This document shows positions 9,923 to 17,606 of a stretch of 48,434 bases of DNA, piece after piece (within the stretch, counting starts at the first letter, position 1; every line of letters begins with the position of its first letter). The translations under genes and the position numbers were made by a program. The notes under the pieces are model-generated. The model saw nothing but the letters and a program-made list of their open reading frames with translations. It was not told where the DNA came from and did not search any database. The stretch comes from a virus (lineage: Duplodnaviria > Caudoviricetes), in the IMG/VR virus record IMGVR_UViG_3300032259_000006, positions 1 through 48,434 of that record, one strand, 5' to 3'.

Positions 9923-9955
9923 AGATCAACAAACTCGCGCTAATTTAGGCGACCA

Positions 9956-9964
9956 ATAATAGCA
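9956..9964 (-). promoter_or_regulatory. Candidate extended -10 late promoter
   Basis: Minus strand reads TG-C-TATTAT, 33 nt upstream of the first late gene and next to the palindrome CGCGAT-T-ATCGCG (9965-9977). Confidence 0.4.
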
Positions 9965-10012
9965 CGCGATTATCGCGGCCAGCCCTTGATGCAACATATC
10001 TGGGCGGCGAAA

Positions 10013-10048
10013 GTGTTACAAAAAGTAACAGTGTTACAAAAAGTAACA
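10013..10048. repeat. Two exact tandem 18-bp repeats, each palindromic (operator-like)
   Basis: GTGTTACAAAAAGTAACA occurs twice; each copy contains TGTTAC-N5-GTAACA. Lies between the divergent late and early units. Confidence 0.9.
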
Positions 10049-10101
10049 CTCAAGATCAGCCCTCAAAATTGACCATCCACACAAAACCAGACATAAATGG
10101 C

Positions 10102-10130
10102 TTGATTTATATCGGGGAGGCGAATACAAT
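10102..10130 (+). promoter_or_regulatory. Sigma70-type early promoter
   Basis: TTGATT (10102-10107), 17-bp spacer, TACAAT (10125-10130). Confidence 0.75.
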
Positions 10131-10171
10131 TAGAACCGTACCAACAAGCACCACCAGCAGAGATCGCCGCC

Positions 10172-10414
10172 ATGCAAACGATAACCACTACCATCCACGG
10201 ACCCACCGACAAGCACGGAACCCGCATTTCCGCCCGAATTGAAGCCAGCACGACCGTCGGACCCTATGACTCCGCGCTGAGCAGCGAGGAAAACCACGCC
10301 GCAGCCGCTCGGGCATTGGCCGACAAGATGGAGTGGTCCGGCGAACTGGTAGGCGGCAGCACGACGCAGCGCCGCATGGTCTGGGTCTTTGTTGACGGCA
10401 GCCCACGCGCCTAA
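10172..10414 (+). CDS. Small early phage protein
   Basis: First gene after the promoter. GPT...GTRI.A and YD..LS.EENH..AA.AL..K..W.G.L patterns are recognisable from other phage early proteins. Confidence 0.75.
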   Translation: MQTITTTIHGPTDKHGTRISARIEASTTVGPYDSALSSEENHAAAARALADKMEWSGELVGGSTTQRRMVWVFVDGSPRA

Positions 10415-10467
10415 AAACACCACCACCAGCAGGCCGTCGGGATCGCCCGGCGGCACAGGAGACCGAA

Positions 10468-10587
10468 GTGAAAAGCCGTAAACCAATTCCCGCAGCGAAT
10501 CCCGAGAGCCACGCGCCGACGCTCAGCGGGCTGATCATATTTGTTTTGTTTTTCATCTGCGTCATGCTGTACGCCGCGCAATTCTGA
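10468..10587 (+). CDS. 39-aa single-pass membrane peptide (not in ORF track)
   Basis: AGGAG RBS then GTG. Reads MKSRKPIPAANPESHAPTLSGLIIFVLFFICVMLYAAQF and fills the gap between its neighbours. Confidence 0.65.
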   Translation: MKSRKPIPAANPESHAPTLSGLIIFVLFFICVMLYAAQF

Positions 10588-10597
10588 GGCCGTGAAA

Positions 10598-11032
10598 ATG
10601 CACATATCCGATAAAACCCGCCAAGCAGCGGACGTGCTAGAAACAAGCGCCGAGATAATCGCCGCGCTTGAGGGCATCCACGGCAGTTGGGAGGCCGCGG
10701 TCGCCGCATGGGCCGACACCCCGACGCTAGACGAAGAAGCGGCAATCATCCTCGCGCTTGCCGCCCACGACTCCGATACGCCGCTCTCGGACTATGTTTG
10801 GGGAACAGAGGGGAGCAACTGGTATTCACGGACCTACGGCACCGCGCCCCTGATCGCGGCGGCCATGTCGGAGATAGCCAGCAAGCCGCGGCCAAACGGC
10901 GACAGCCGGCTGGTGGTTGTCACGCATGACGGCCTTGGCAATCCGTCTGGATACGCGGTCTACAAACGCAGCGGCGACGCACTGCTGCATGAACAGGCAA
11001 TTAAGTTCTACATCGCAAACAAGGGGGATTGA
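10598..11032 (+). CDS. Hypothetical protein
   Basis: ATG 10598 after GAGG; operon packing. Confidence 0.65.
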   Translation: MHISDKTRQAADVLETSAEIIAALEGIHGSWEAAVAAWADTPTLDEEAAIILALAAHDSDTPLSDYVWGTEGSNWYSRTYGTAPLIAAAMSEIASKPRPNGDSRLVVVTHDGLGNPSGYAVYKRSGDALLHEQAIKFYIANKGD

Positions 11033-11036
11033 TTCA

Positions 11037-11255
11037 ATGAAGTACACCCACGCAATCGTGGATATTGGCGCGCCGCTCGGCGACGATGAGCAAGGCGAAC
11101 TGTACAGCCAGCACAAAAGCTTGGCAGGAGCGCAACGTAGATTTGGCATGGACTTTGAAGGCCGCACCGGCTGGTTCTCTCACATCATTGTCGAGCTGGA
11201 CGCTGACGGGGAATGGGACCGCTCCAAGCCGCTGGAGAGAAGCGCCGATTGGTAA
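11037..11255 (+). CDS. Hypothetical acidic protein
   Basis: ATG 11037 after GGGGGA (MKYTHAIVD...). Confidence 0.65.
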   Translation: MKYTHAIVDIGAPLGDDEQGELYSQHKSLAGAQRRFGMDFEGRTGWFSHIIVELDADGEWDRSKPLERSADW

Positions 11256-11331
11256 CGACGTGGCTACGGCCATACAGAAATCGACCGAACAAATTCACGG
11301 GCGGGATTGCCGCCCGCAGAGGACCGCCAAA

Positions 11332-11982
11332 ATGAGCACAGAAACCGAACTCCGGACACTCCGCGCCCTCGCAGCCGATATCAAAAAGCCGTCACGCGCC
11401 GCTGCGTTTGCATCCGTGCAGCAGCTTGCCGACGATCTGGCCGGCACTGAGCACCGCGACGCATTGGCGCTGCTGTACCGCTTCTTTCTGCCAGCGGTGC
11501 CCAAGCGCGCAACGACCACGCTGGAATGGCTGGCGCAGGCCATCAACCCGAAAGATGATCGCGAAATTCTGCTATCCATCCACGCCATCGAGCGCAACGG
11601 CAAGCTGATAGCCGTGGCCAGCGACGGCCACCGCATCCACATTGCTCGCAATCACGGCTTTGAAACGACTGGCGCTTACAACACAGCAGGCGAGAAAACC
11701 GACGACGCAAGCCACCGTATCGAGCGCTTTTTGGCGTCTTACCTTGACCACGGCAGCGAGCCGCGGCAGAGCATCAAAACCGGCGACGTGGAGCGCGCGG
11801 CCACGTTTGACAGCAAAGTTACCGCGCGCCTCCCGGACGGCCCGCTACTCAACGCAAAGCATCTCGATCAGGCGCTTGCCGGAGCCACCGAATTCGGCGC
11901 CTACTACGGCGGATGTAACGGATCAGTCCGCCTCGACGGCCTGCCATTCGGCGAAGCGATCCTCGCGCCGCTGGACAAGTAA
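11332..11982 (+). CDS. Protein with a sliding-clamp (DnaN central domain)-like segment
   Basis: AINPKDDREILLSIH...LIAVASDGHRIH resembles the DnaN a..d.R..L.gv....l.atDGhRL segment. GAGGA RBS. Confidence 0.55.
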   Translation: MSTETELRTLRALAADIKKPSRAAAFASVQQLADDLAGTEHRDALALLYRFFLPAVPKRATTTLEWLAQAINPKDDREILLSIHAIERNGKLIAVASDGHRIHIARNHGFETTGAYNTAGEKTDDASHRIERFLASYLDHGSEPRQSIKTGDVERAATFDSKVTARLPDGPLLNAKHLDQALAGATEFGAYYGGCNGSVRLDGLPFGEAILAPLDK

Positions 11983-12036
11983 GCACGCCACCAATCAAAC
12001 AAAGCGCGGCAATAGGGCCGCGCGGGAGATGATCCA

Positions 12037-12528
12037 ATGAGTAGCAGAGTCGATATTCTTCGCGCCTCTCTGGCCAAGAAAGAGAAGAAGCTTGATGCGT
12101 TATTCGCCACCTACTTCGCGGCGGTAAAGGCTGCCCACGGGCAACCGCTGAACGATAAGCGCGGCGGCGTGGCAGTCATGGCGAGCTGGGACAAGCTGAA
12201 CGACAGAATTCGCGCCCAGAAAAAAAGCGTCGAGCGCACAAGGGCGGCTATAAACAGGGCCGAGGATAAGGAATCCGGCATCGCCATCGCTTACCGGAGC
12301 TTCCCGAAATGCCTTCAAAAGTTGGTGGATGACGGGAAGGTGCGGCAGTGGGGACGCCACCCCGATACCCTGTTTGTTGCCGGGGTAGAGAAGGCGCGTA
12401 TTGTCTGGAATGGCGCAGACGTTGCGCACAGGTACGTCGCCGAGACTCCCGACGAGCAATACCCTTTGTTCCGTGACACTTACAACGGGCTGAGAGCAGC
12501 CATCGCAAAAGAGGACAACTCGAAATGA
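12037..12528 (+). CDS. Conserved-type phage hypothetical protein
   Basis: GQPLNDKR motif, coiled coil, W..HP...FV.GVEKARI. GGGAG RBS. Confidence 0.75.
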   Translation: MSSRVDILRASLAKKEKKLDALFATYFAAVKAAHGQPLNDKRGGVAVMASWDKLNDRIRAQKKSVERTRAAINRAEDKESGIAIAYRSFPKCLQKLVDDGKVRQWGRHPDTLFVAGVEKARIVWNGADVAHRYVAETPDEQYPLFRDTYNGLRAAIAKEDNSK

Positions 12529-12764
12529 AAACACTACCCCAAGCCATTCGCGAAACCAGACTATCGTCCCGCGAAGAAATGGCGAAATGGATCGAAGGAA
12601 AGCACCCCGAACTGAACGCCCCGTCAGAAAGCCCCGCCAGCATGCTGATCAGCGGGTTTAGCTGGATGGAAACCCCGTTCCGAGTCAGTCAATGGGTGAA
12701 GCTGCACGACGTGCTGGCCGCCGCCGAAGAAGAAGCCGAGGGCGCGACAAATGAACGCAGCTAA
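12525..12764 (+). CDS. IRET/W..TPF paralogue family, copy 1
   Basis: MKTLPQAIRETRL...HPEL...FSWMETPF...W aligns with the ORFs at 17110, 17337 and 19553. Confidence 0.8.
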   Translation: MKTLPQAIRETRLSSREEMAKWIEGKHPELNAPSESPASMLISGFSWMETPFRVSQWVKLHDVLAAAEEEAEGATNERS

Positions 12765-12987
12765 AGCACTCGAAAATCTGAATAGGCTCCCGAAGAAGAT
12801 CGAGGCCGCGGGGGAGAAGGTGAGGAAGGCGCAAGCCGCGAAGGACACCGCGGAACGCCGGCTACAGGCCGCGCACGCCGCGGAAATCGCACTTCGCGCC
12901 GAATTGGCGGAGGCGCACCGCGTGCTGCGCGGGTTGCAATCTCAATTACCGTCGCTGCTTAAACGATCCGGCGGCACCGAAATCTGA
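12751..12987 (+). CDS. Coiled-coil hypothetical protein
   Basis: 78 aa, Ala/Glu/Lys-rich; overlaps the upstream stop. Confidence 0.6.
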   Translation: MNAAKALENLNRLPKKIEAAGEKVRKAQAAKDTAERRLQAAHAAEIALRAELAEAHRVLRGLQSQLPSLLKRSGGTEI

Positions 12988-13027
12988 CCATCACACGGAG
13001 GCGCCGCAAAGCTGCGGCCATACAACT

Positions 13028-13279
13028 ATGGATCGAAGAAAAACCACCTACACCATCCAGCCGCACGGCTGCGAGATTGCCGCCAGCGGAGTTGAAGACG
13101 CATGGCGCTGGTATAAGCACATCAACCGCTTGAGGGAAGCTTCCGAGCCTGCGGCCGGCGACGATTCGGACGCAGGCCCAGCGGTGACCGCGAGTATCTG
13201 GCTTGGCAGCGTCCTAATTGACGAGAAGCGCCTGCACCGGGCCCGGTCGACCGGCGGGAAAACGCGAGGAAAATCATGA
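13028..13279 (+). CDS. Hypothetical protein
   Basis: 83 aa; ATGA-coupled to the next gene. Confidence 0.6.
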   Translation: MDRRKTTYTIQPHGCEIAASGVEDAWRWYKHINRLREASEPAAGDDSDAGPAVTASIWLGSVLIDEKRLHRARSTGGKTRGKS

Positions 13280-13662
13280 TTACATTGCGCAGGATCTACG
13301 GCGCCAAGGGCATGATCGGCGCCACTATTACCATCGTGACGCAGCCCGTGACCGTCTCCACCGGCGGGTTCCCTAAAGCGCTGGCCGCGGCCACCATAGC
13401 AATGATTAAGATGAACGCCGGAAACCTCGACGGCTGGAACGTGGGACGCACGCTGCTACAGACTGTTACCCGTGACGGCCAACGCAGACCGCGCGGCGAG
13501 TCCATCGTGATCAGTCTTGGGCGTGACGAGGCGCAAGGCGATGATGCGCTGGCTTACACGGCGGCCGGGCACCTGTGGGCCAAGCGCATGGCGGACATGC
13601 TTCACCACCGCCTTGTCGTGAAACACATCCGCAGGCCCAAGCGCAAGCCGGCAAAAACATGA
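13276..13662 (+). CDS. Hypothetical protein
   Basis: GAGGA RBS; ATGA overlaps at both ends. Confidence 0.65.
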   Translation: MITLRRIYGAKGMIGATITIVTQPVTVSTGGFPKALAAATIAMIKMNAGNLDGWNVGRTLLQTVTRDGQRRPRGESIVISLGRDEAQGDDALAYTAAGHLWAKRMADMLHHRLVVKHIRRPKRKPAKT

Positions 13663-14222
13663 CCGGGAACACCGGGAACAGCGGGAAGCGCCGGAAACGC
13701 ACCAAGGCCGAGCAGGAAACGCCAGAACTGGAGGCCATCCGGCGAAAGCTGCACTCGATCAGCGGCATGCAGGACGTGGCCAAATCGATGGGCCTGCGGT
13801 CTCAGGATGCCGCCCTGCACACGGCAACGGTGCTCGCCTTGGTAAGCCGCAGCAAATTGTCTGTCATATCTGCGGCCGCCCTGTGCTACGTCGCGGGCGC
13901 GCCTCTGACCGGCGCCCCAGCCATTGCGCGGGCCATCGGATGCGCTAACCAGTGGATTCCCGCCCGGCTGCGAGGGCTGGCCGAAGCTGGGCTGGTGGTG
14001 TGTTTGAAGGGGATTCCGGCCGACGGAAACTGGCCGACGAGGCGCTACATCCTGACGAAAAAGGGGCATGACCTTGTTGAGCAGCTTAGCGTGCCGAAGC
14101 CGCACACGCGGAGGCGCGCCTTGCAGCCAACGCCATCGCGCGTCGGCCAGCAGATGCCGGTAAGGGGTCAACGTGGACCGCTGAGCGGTGACGAAAAACG
14201 CGGGCAAAAAAAACCGCGATAG
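13659..14222 (+). CDS. Winged-helix DNA-binding protein (MarR-like)
   Basis: AIARAIG...ARLRGLAEAGLV...RRYILTKKG is a wHTH pattern. ATG 13659 is in an ATGA overlap. Confidence 0.65.
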   Translation: MTGNTGNSGKRRKRTKAEQETPELEAIRRKLHSISGMQDVAKSMGLRSQDAALHTATVLALVSRSKLSVISAAALCYVAGAPLTGAPAIARAIGCANQWIPARLRGLAEAGLVVCLKGIPADGNWPTRRYILTKKGHDLVEQLSVPKPHTRRRALQPTPSRVGQQMPVRGQRGPLSGDEKRGQKKPR

Positions 14223-14244
14223 CGAGGGGAGCGCTATCGCGGTT
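14206..14244 (-). terminator. Intrinsic terminator
   Basis: Perfect 13-bp inverted repeat AACCGCGATAGCG-N7-CGCTATCGCGGTT ending in T8 on the minus strand. Confidence 0.9.
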
Positions 14245-14297
14245 AAGCGCCAAGGGCAAGGAGGGAACCCTTGGCTGTCCACCACCACAGTAGATGC
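14206..14297 (-). ncRNA. Putative ~90-nt small regulatory RNA with three hairpins
   Basis: Bounded by a consensus-like promoter and an intrinsic terminator. Sequence AUCUACUGUGGUGGUGGACAGCCAAGGGUUCCCUCCUUGCCCUUGGCGCUUAACCGCGAUAGCGCUCCCCUCGCUAUCGCGGUUUUUUUU. No complete ORF inside. Confidence 0.7.
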
Positions 14298-14302
14298 GGC
14301 GA

Positions 14303-14331
14303 ACTATACCGATGCGGCCTAGTGGCGTCAA
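14303..14331 (-). promoter_or_regulatory. Sigma70-type promoter of the small RNA
   Basis: Minus strand TTGACG (14331-14326), 17-bp spacer, TATAGT (14308-14303). GATGCGGC direct repeats (14293-14300, 14311-14318) flank the -10. Confidence 0.8.
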
Positions 14332-14335
14332 CCCG

Positions 14336-14983
14336 TCACGACAAAAGATTTTCGCCGCCGCAATCCAGCCAGCCCGGAGCGGCGCTGTCGTCCCACGCGA
14401 TGCCTGAGTCGCCCCCGGCGCCGCCGTGGGCCTCCGCCCGGTGCCGCCTTGTCAAGTCCGCCATGCCCAGCCCCGTAGCGTCCGATAGCCCCACGGCCGC
14501 CAATAGAGCCGCTTCCGCCCGGTCATGGTCCCTCACCCGCGTGAATAGCTCCTGCCCCCAATAGCTGGAGGCGAGCAGCCGCGATGCGTTTTTGGGGTCC
14601 GCGTGCCCGGTCAATCCCGCCTTTGCCTTCCATGACGCAGGCTGCAACCACCGCCCTTCCAGCCCCATGACCGCAATGGTTGCGCGGATCGCGCCGCGGG
14701 AGTCGCCGAGGCTGGCCGCAGAAACGGTGCCCTGCCGGCCGGGGCCGCGCTGCGCGGACGCGCCGACCGCCTCCACCGTGACAATGGCCTCATCGGCGCC
14801 CTGCGTGGCGCGGGCAAGGATCTTCGCCAATCCCTTAGCGTCGATGCAGCGCTGCTTCCGGGTGCCACCGGGCAGGGCCATCGTGGGCATGTCCTCGCAA
14901 AGCGTCAGCCGGCCGCTGGCGTCGACCGCCGCGACCGCGCCGGTTAAGCCCGGATCGATGCCGATGGAGATGTAACTTTTCAT
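14336..14983 (-). CDS. RuvC-like Holliday junction resolvase
   Basis: IGIDPGLTGAVA, VTVE, P..WK and DHDRAEAALLA give the acidic residues of phage RuvC-like nucleases. Confidence 0.85.
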   Translation of the reverse strand: MKSYISIGIDPGLTGAVAAVDASGRLTLCEDMPTMALPGGTRKQRCIDAKGLAKILARATQGADEAIVTVEAVGASAQRGPGRQGTVSAASLGDSRGAIRATIAVMGLEGRWLQPASWKAKAGLTGHADPKNASRLLASSYWGQELFTRVRDHDRAEAALLAAVGLSDATGLGMADLTRRHRAEAHGGAGGDSGIAWDDSAAPGWLDCGGENLLS

Positions 14984-14989
14984 GGTTGA

Positions 14990-15480
14990 TTCGCCTGTGT
15001 GGTGGGGCCGCGCGCTGAACAGCGGCCGCGGAAAATGTCAGCGGAAAAATCTCAAGAAAAATCTCGATTCCTGAATCCCTTCCCTCATTACATATACCCT
15101 CGTTCCCTGTTCCCGGTCCGGCCAAGCTCCGGCTTGGTCGCCGGTGGCCGGGGAAACCGGGCACGAGGGTAACATATAGAATGTGTAATGTACAGAAATT
15201 TGCGTTTCCCGGTAACGCCTTTGCTTTCAATGGCTTACAGCACATTCATGACGTAGTGCGAGAGGTTTCGCACCTAAGCTGAGTTCCCGCTATTCCCAAA
15301 CTGTACAGAAAGTGATCAATTTTGCCTCGAATCCACACGACGACATTGGCGTAACCCATTGAAATGCAACGTTCCCACCGTTTTGGGAATTTCGGGAACG
15401 GACACCGGGTATTTTAAGCTTAAAGGAAATGTTTTACCGTTCGTCGGAACGGCGGATTCCGCAGTAGCGCGCGATGGCGG
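14990..15480. other. Non-coding region, candidate replication origin
   Basis: About 500 bp with no credible ORF and lower GC. Contains an imperfect inverted repeat (15225-15238/15351-15364), a direct repeat TGTACAGAAA (15189, 15302) and mostly converging TTCCC/GGGAA motifs. Confidence 0.5.
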
Positions 15481-15535
15481 CCCTGTGCCATGATCCCCCT
15501 GCACCCGAAATCCACCACGCAAACAGGGGAAAATC

Positions 15536-16270
15536 ATGGATCGCACATCCAAAATCGCTATCGCCACCATTGAACTGATCGCCTCCACCGGCATTCTCGC
15601 CGGGCTGCTCCTGCTCAATGACGAGCTTCTACTAATCGGCATCGTCGCGGCCATCGTCCGCGTGATGATCGCGCTGGCGAATCCACGCGACGCATCATTT
15701 GTCGACCGCTACGTGAGCGCGGGCGCGTCGGCCGTCAAGTGGGTGCTGGGCACGATCTTCATTGCCGCCGTCACGGCATGCGCCGGGCTGCTGTTGGCCG
15801 GCCGGTGGATCGTCAACACGTTGAAGACGCGCACCCTCGCCCTTGTCGATGCAGTGGCCACGGCCATGCCGCTGCGGCCCAATGAACCGCGGTGCGGCAC
15901 GCCCGGCAGCGCCCGGCGAGCGGCCCTTGAGCGCGCGGCGGTGAAAGAGTGCGCGGAGATCGAGCGGGCGGCACGGGCCGCAATCAAGAGGCGCCCGAAG
16001 CCCGTGCTTGAATCGGTATCCTTCGAGTTCGACGCGGGAAGCGCTTGGGTTTACAGGGCGACGCTGACAATGGCGCCTTGCACCAAGCTGCGCGCGCTCG
16101 GCTGCACAGTCGTGCAGGCTCAAACGCGCATCCCGGCGACCGAGCTGGCCGATACGAAGATGGGCTTGGATGAGCTGTTGTTTGCCGTCTACTCGAAGGC
16201 GGCGGATCAAGTGGTCAAGCACTGGGGAGAGACTGCCGAAAAGCACAAAGCCAGCAAAAAGCAGGCTTGA
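15536..16270 (+). CDS. Membrane protein (2-3 N-terminal TM helices)
   Basis: Hydrophobic N-terminal ~90 aa; AGGGGA RBS. Confidence 0.7.
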   Translation: MDRTSKIAIATIELIASTGILAGLLLLNDELLLIGIVAAIVRVMIALANPRDASFVDRYVSAGASAVKWVLGTIFIAAVTACAGLLLAGRWIVNTLKTRTLALVDAVATAMPLRPNEPRCGTPGSARRAALERAAVKECAEIERAARAAIKRRPKPVLESVSFEFDAGSAWVYRATLTMAPCTKLRALGCTVVQAQTRIPATELADTKMGLDELLFAVYSKAADQVVKHWGETAEKHKASKKQA

Positions 16271-16295
16271 CTCACCCGTCAAAAACGTCTAGTAT
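16267..16295 (+). promoter_or_regulatory. Sigma70-type promoter
   Basis: TTGACT, 17-bp spacer, TAGTAT, followed by ACACCACCACC (16304-16314). Confidence 0.75.
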
Positions 16296-16327
16296 TCTGT
16301 GCAACACCACCACCGAAGACCAAGAAC

Positions 16328-16690
16328 ATGACCAATCCATTCCGCTTGATCACCTGCTGGTGCTGCGGCTATACCGCGCCGCGGCTTGAGTTCTCCAGCG
16401 GCTACTGCCCTGCCTGCTGCCGCGACATGAACACGGGTGCGGTGCGGCCCGGATCAATCCCGACACGGTACGTGGACGAGCGGGAAATTCGTGGCAAATT
16501 TTTCGTTCTCCGCATGGCCCCAGAGTACGCCGCAAGCCGCATCCGCAGCGTCCACGGATCGTTGGCAAGCGCTGCGCGCGTGGCGGTGACGCAACCCGAG
16601 GGTGATCTTATCGTCACCGGCGCATCGCCTGACGGCCGGTGGTCGCTGGATCTTCTGATTACGCGCAATGAATACCCGGTGGCGAAATGA
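16328..16690 (+). CDS. Zn-ribbon-containing hypothetical protein
   Basis: CWCC...CPAC near the N-terminus. Confidence 0.6.
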   Translation: MTNPFRLITCWCCGYTAPRLEFSSGYCPACCRDMNTGAVRPGSIPTRYVDEREIRGKFFVLRMAPEYAASRIRSVHGSLASAARVAVTQPEGDLIVTGASPDGRWSLDLLITRNEYPVAK

Positions 16691-16965
16691 GCGCATTCAA
16701 GAAAGCTGCGCGGAAAAAGGGCTACCGGCTCATCGACTTGGCCGAGCGCTGGGGCATCACACCGCGGCAAATGTCGCGCATCGCGGCCAAGCCCACCAAG
16801 CGGCACATCGACGCGCTGCGCGGCCTGCCGGAGCAACCGCTGGTGCAGAAGGCTGGGTGGAAGTCTGGAACCCGGCCGCCGTGGCTGCGCAATCAGCACG
16901 AAAGAACGAAAGCGCTCAGCCCAATCCGCAGAATGCAAATAGCACGGGACGGGGAAGATGATTAA
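16687..16965 (+). CDS. Cro/XRE-like HTH protein
   Basis: KGYRLIDLAERWGITPRQMSRIA is a helix-turn-helix pattern. Confidence 0.7.
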   Translation: MSAFKKAARKKGYRLIDLAERWGITPRQMSRIAAKPTKRHIDALRGLPEQPLVQKAGWKSGTRPPWLRNQHERTKALSPIRRMQIARDGEDD

Positions 16966-17113
16966 CCCGCCCGAATGCGACCGTTCATGGCTGCGCGCGA
17001 CGCTGGATAGCATCGTGGTCCGCGACGAGCTGCCGCCCGACGAGTTCCCCGGCGGCCTGACTGCCAGCGAATGGATGCCGCCAGAGAATGACGACGAGGA
17101 TAAAGATCAATGA
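16958..17113 (+). CDS. 51-aa acidic peptide (not in ORF track)
   Basis: MINPPECDRSWLRATLDS...NDDEDKDQ. GGGGA RBS; its stop overlaps the next ATG. Confidence 0.55.
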   Translation: MINPPECDRSWLRATLDSIVVRDELPPDEFPGGLTASEWMPPENDDEDKDQ

Positions 17114-17340
17114 AGACCATTTCACGAATGATCCGAGAAACCGGCCTGCCTGACGCGGATGCAATGGCGGATTGGCTTGAACGCGAGCACCCCGGACTAG
17201 GAGAAAAGTACAAGACTCCATCGTCCGCGGTAGTCGGTGGGATCACGTGGCGCCAGACGCCATTCGGCTTCGCAAAGTGGGGAAAGGTCTATGGTGCGTT
17301 GTGCCGTGCCGAAGCCGCTGCCAAGGAGCAAGGCCAATGA
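17110..17340 (+). CDS. IRET/W..TPF paralogue family, copy 2
   Basis: MKTISRMIRETGLPDADAMADWLEREHPGL...ITWRQTPFG..KW. Confidence 0.85.
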   Translation: MKTISRMIRETGLPDADAMADWLEREHPGLGEKYKTPSSAVVGGITWRQTPFGFAKWGKVYGALCRAEAAAKEQGQ

Positions 17341-17606
17341 AAAGCATCCCAGAACTGATCCGAGAGACCGGCTTGCCCGACGCGGATGAGATGGCCGATT
17401 GGCTGGAGCGCGAACACCCTATGCTGGAGCGCGAATACCACGGGCTGGGCGGGGTGGGCGAGACTTCCGCGTTCGCAATATCCGGCGCGTTTGTGTGGCA
17501 CGAGACGCCATTCGGATCGGAGAAGTGGGCAAAGGTCTATTTTGAGCTGTGCCCTGCCGGAGCCGCTACCAAGGAGCAAGCCCATGACGCACATCAATCT
17601 GGTTGA
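17337..17606 (+). CDS. IRET/W..TPF paralogue family, copy 3
   Basis: MKSIPELIRETGLPDADEMADWLEREHPML...FVWHETPFG..KW; a tandem duplicate of copy 2. Confidence 0.85.
   Translation: MKSIPELIRETGLPDADEMADWLEREHPMLEREYHGLGGVGETSAFAISGAFVWHETPFGSEKWAKVYFELCPAGAATKEQAHDAHQSG

Noticed and set aside
14212-14275. Plus-strand reading as a CsrA/RsmA sponge (GGA-containing loops)
   Set aside because: Only two loops, and both the promoter and the U-tract point to the minus strand. Not excluded, but less supported.
13602-14288. 228-aa minus-strand ORF starting just after the sRNA promoter
   Set aside because: It has no RBS, crosses a strong terminator within about 80 nt, and is antisense to the wHTH gene.
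15465-15494. Possible promoter for the 15536 gene (TGcCATGAT)
   Set aside because: Poor -10 and -35 matches; too weak to call.
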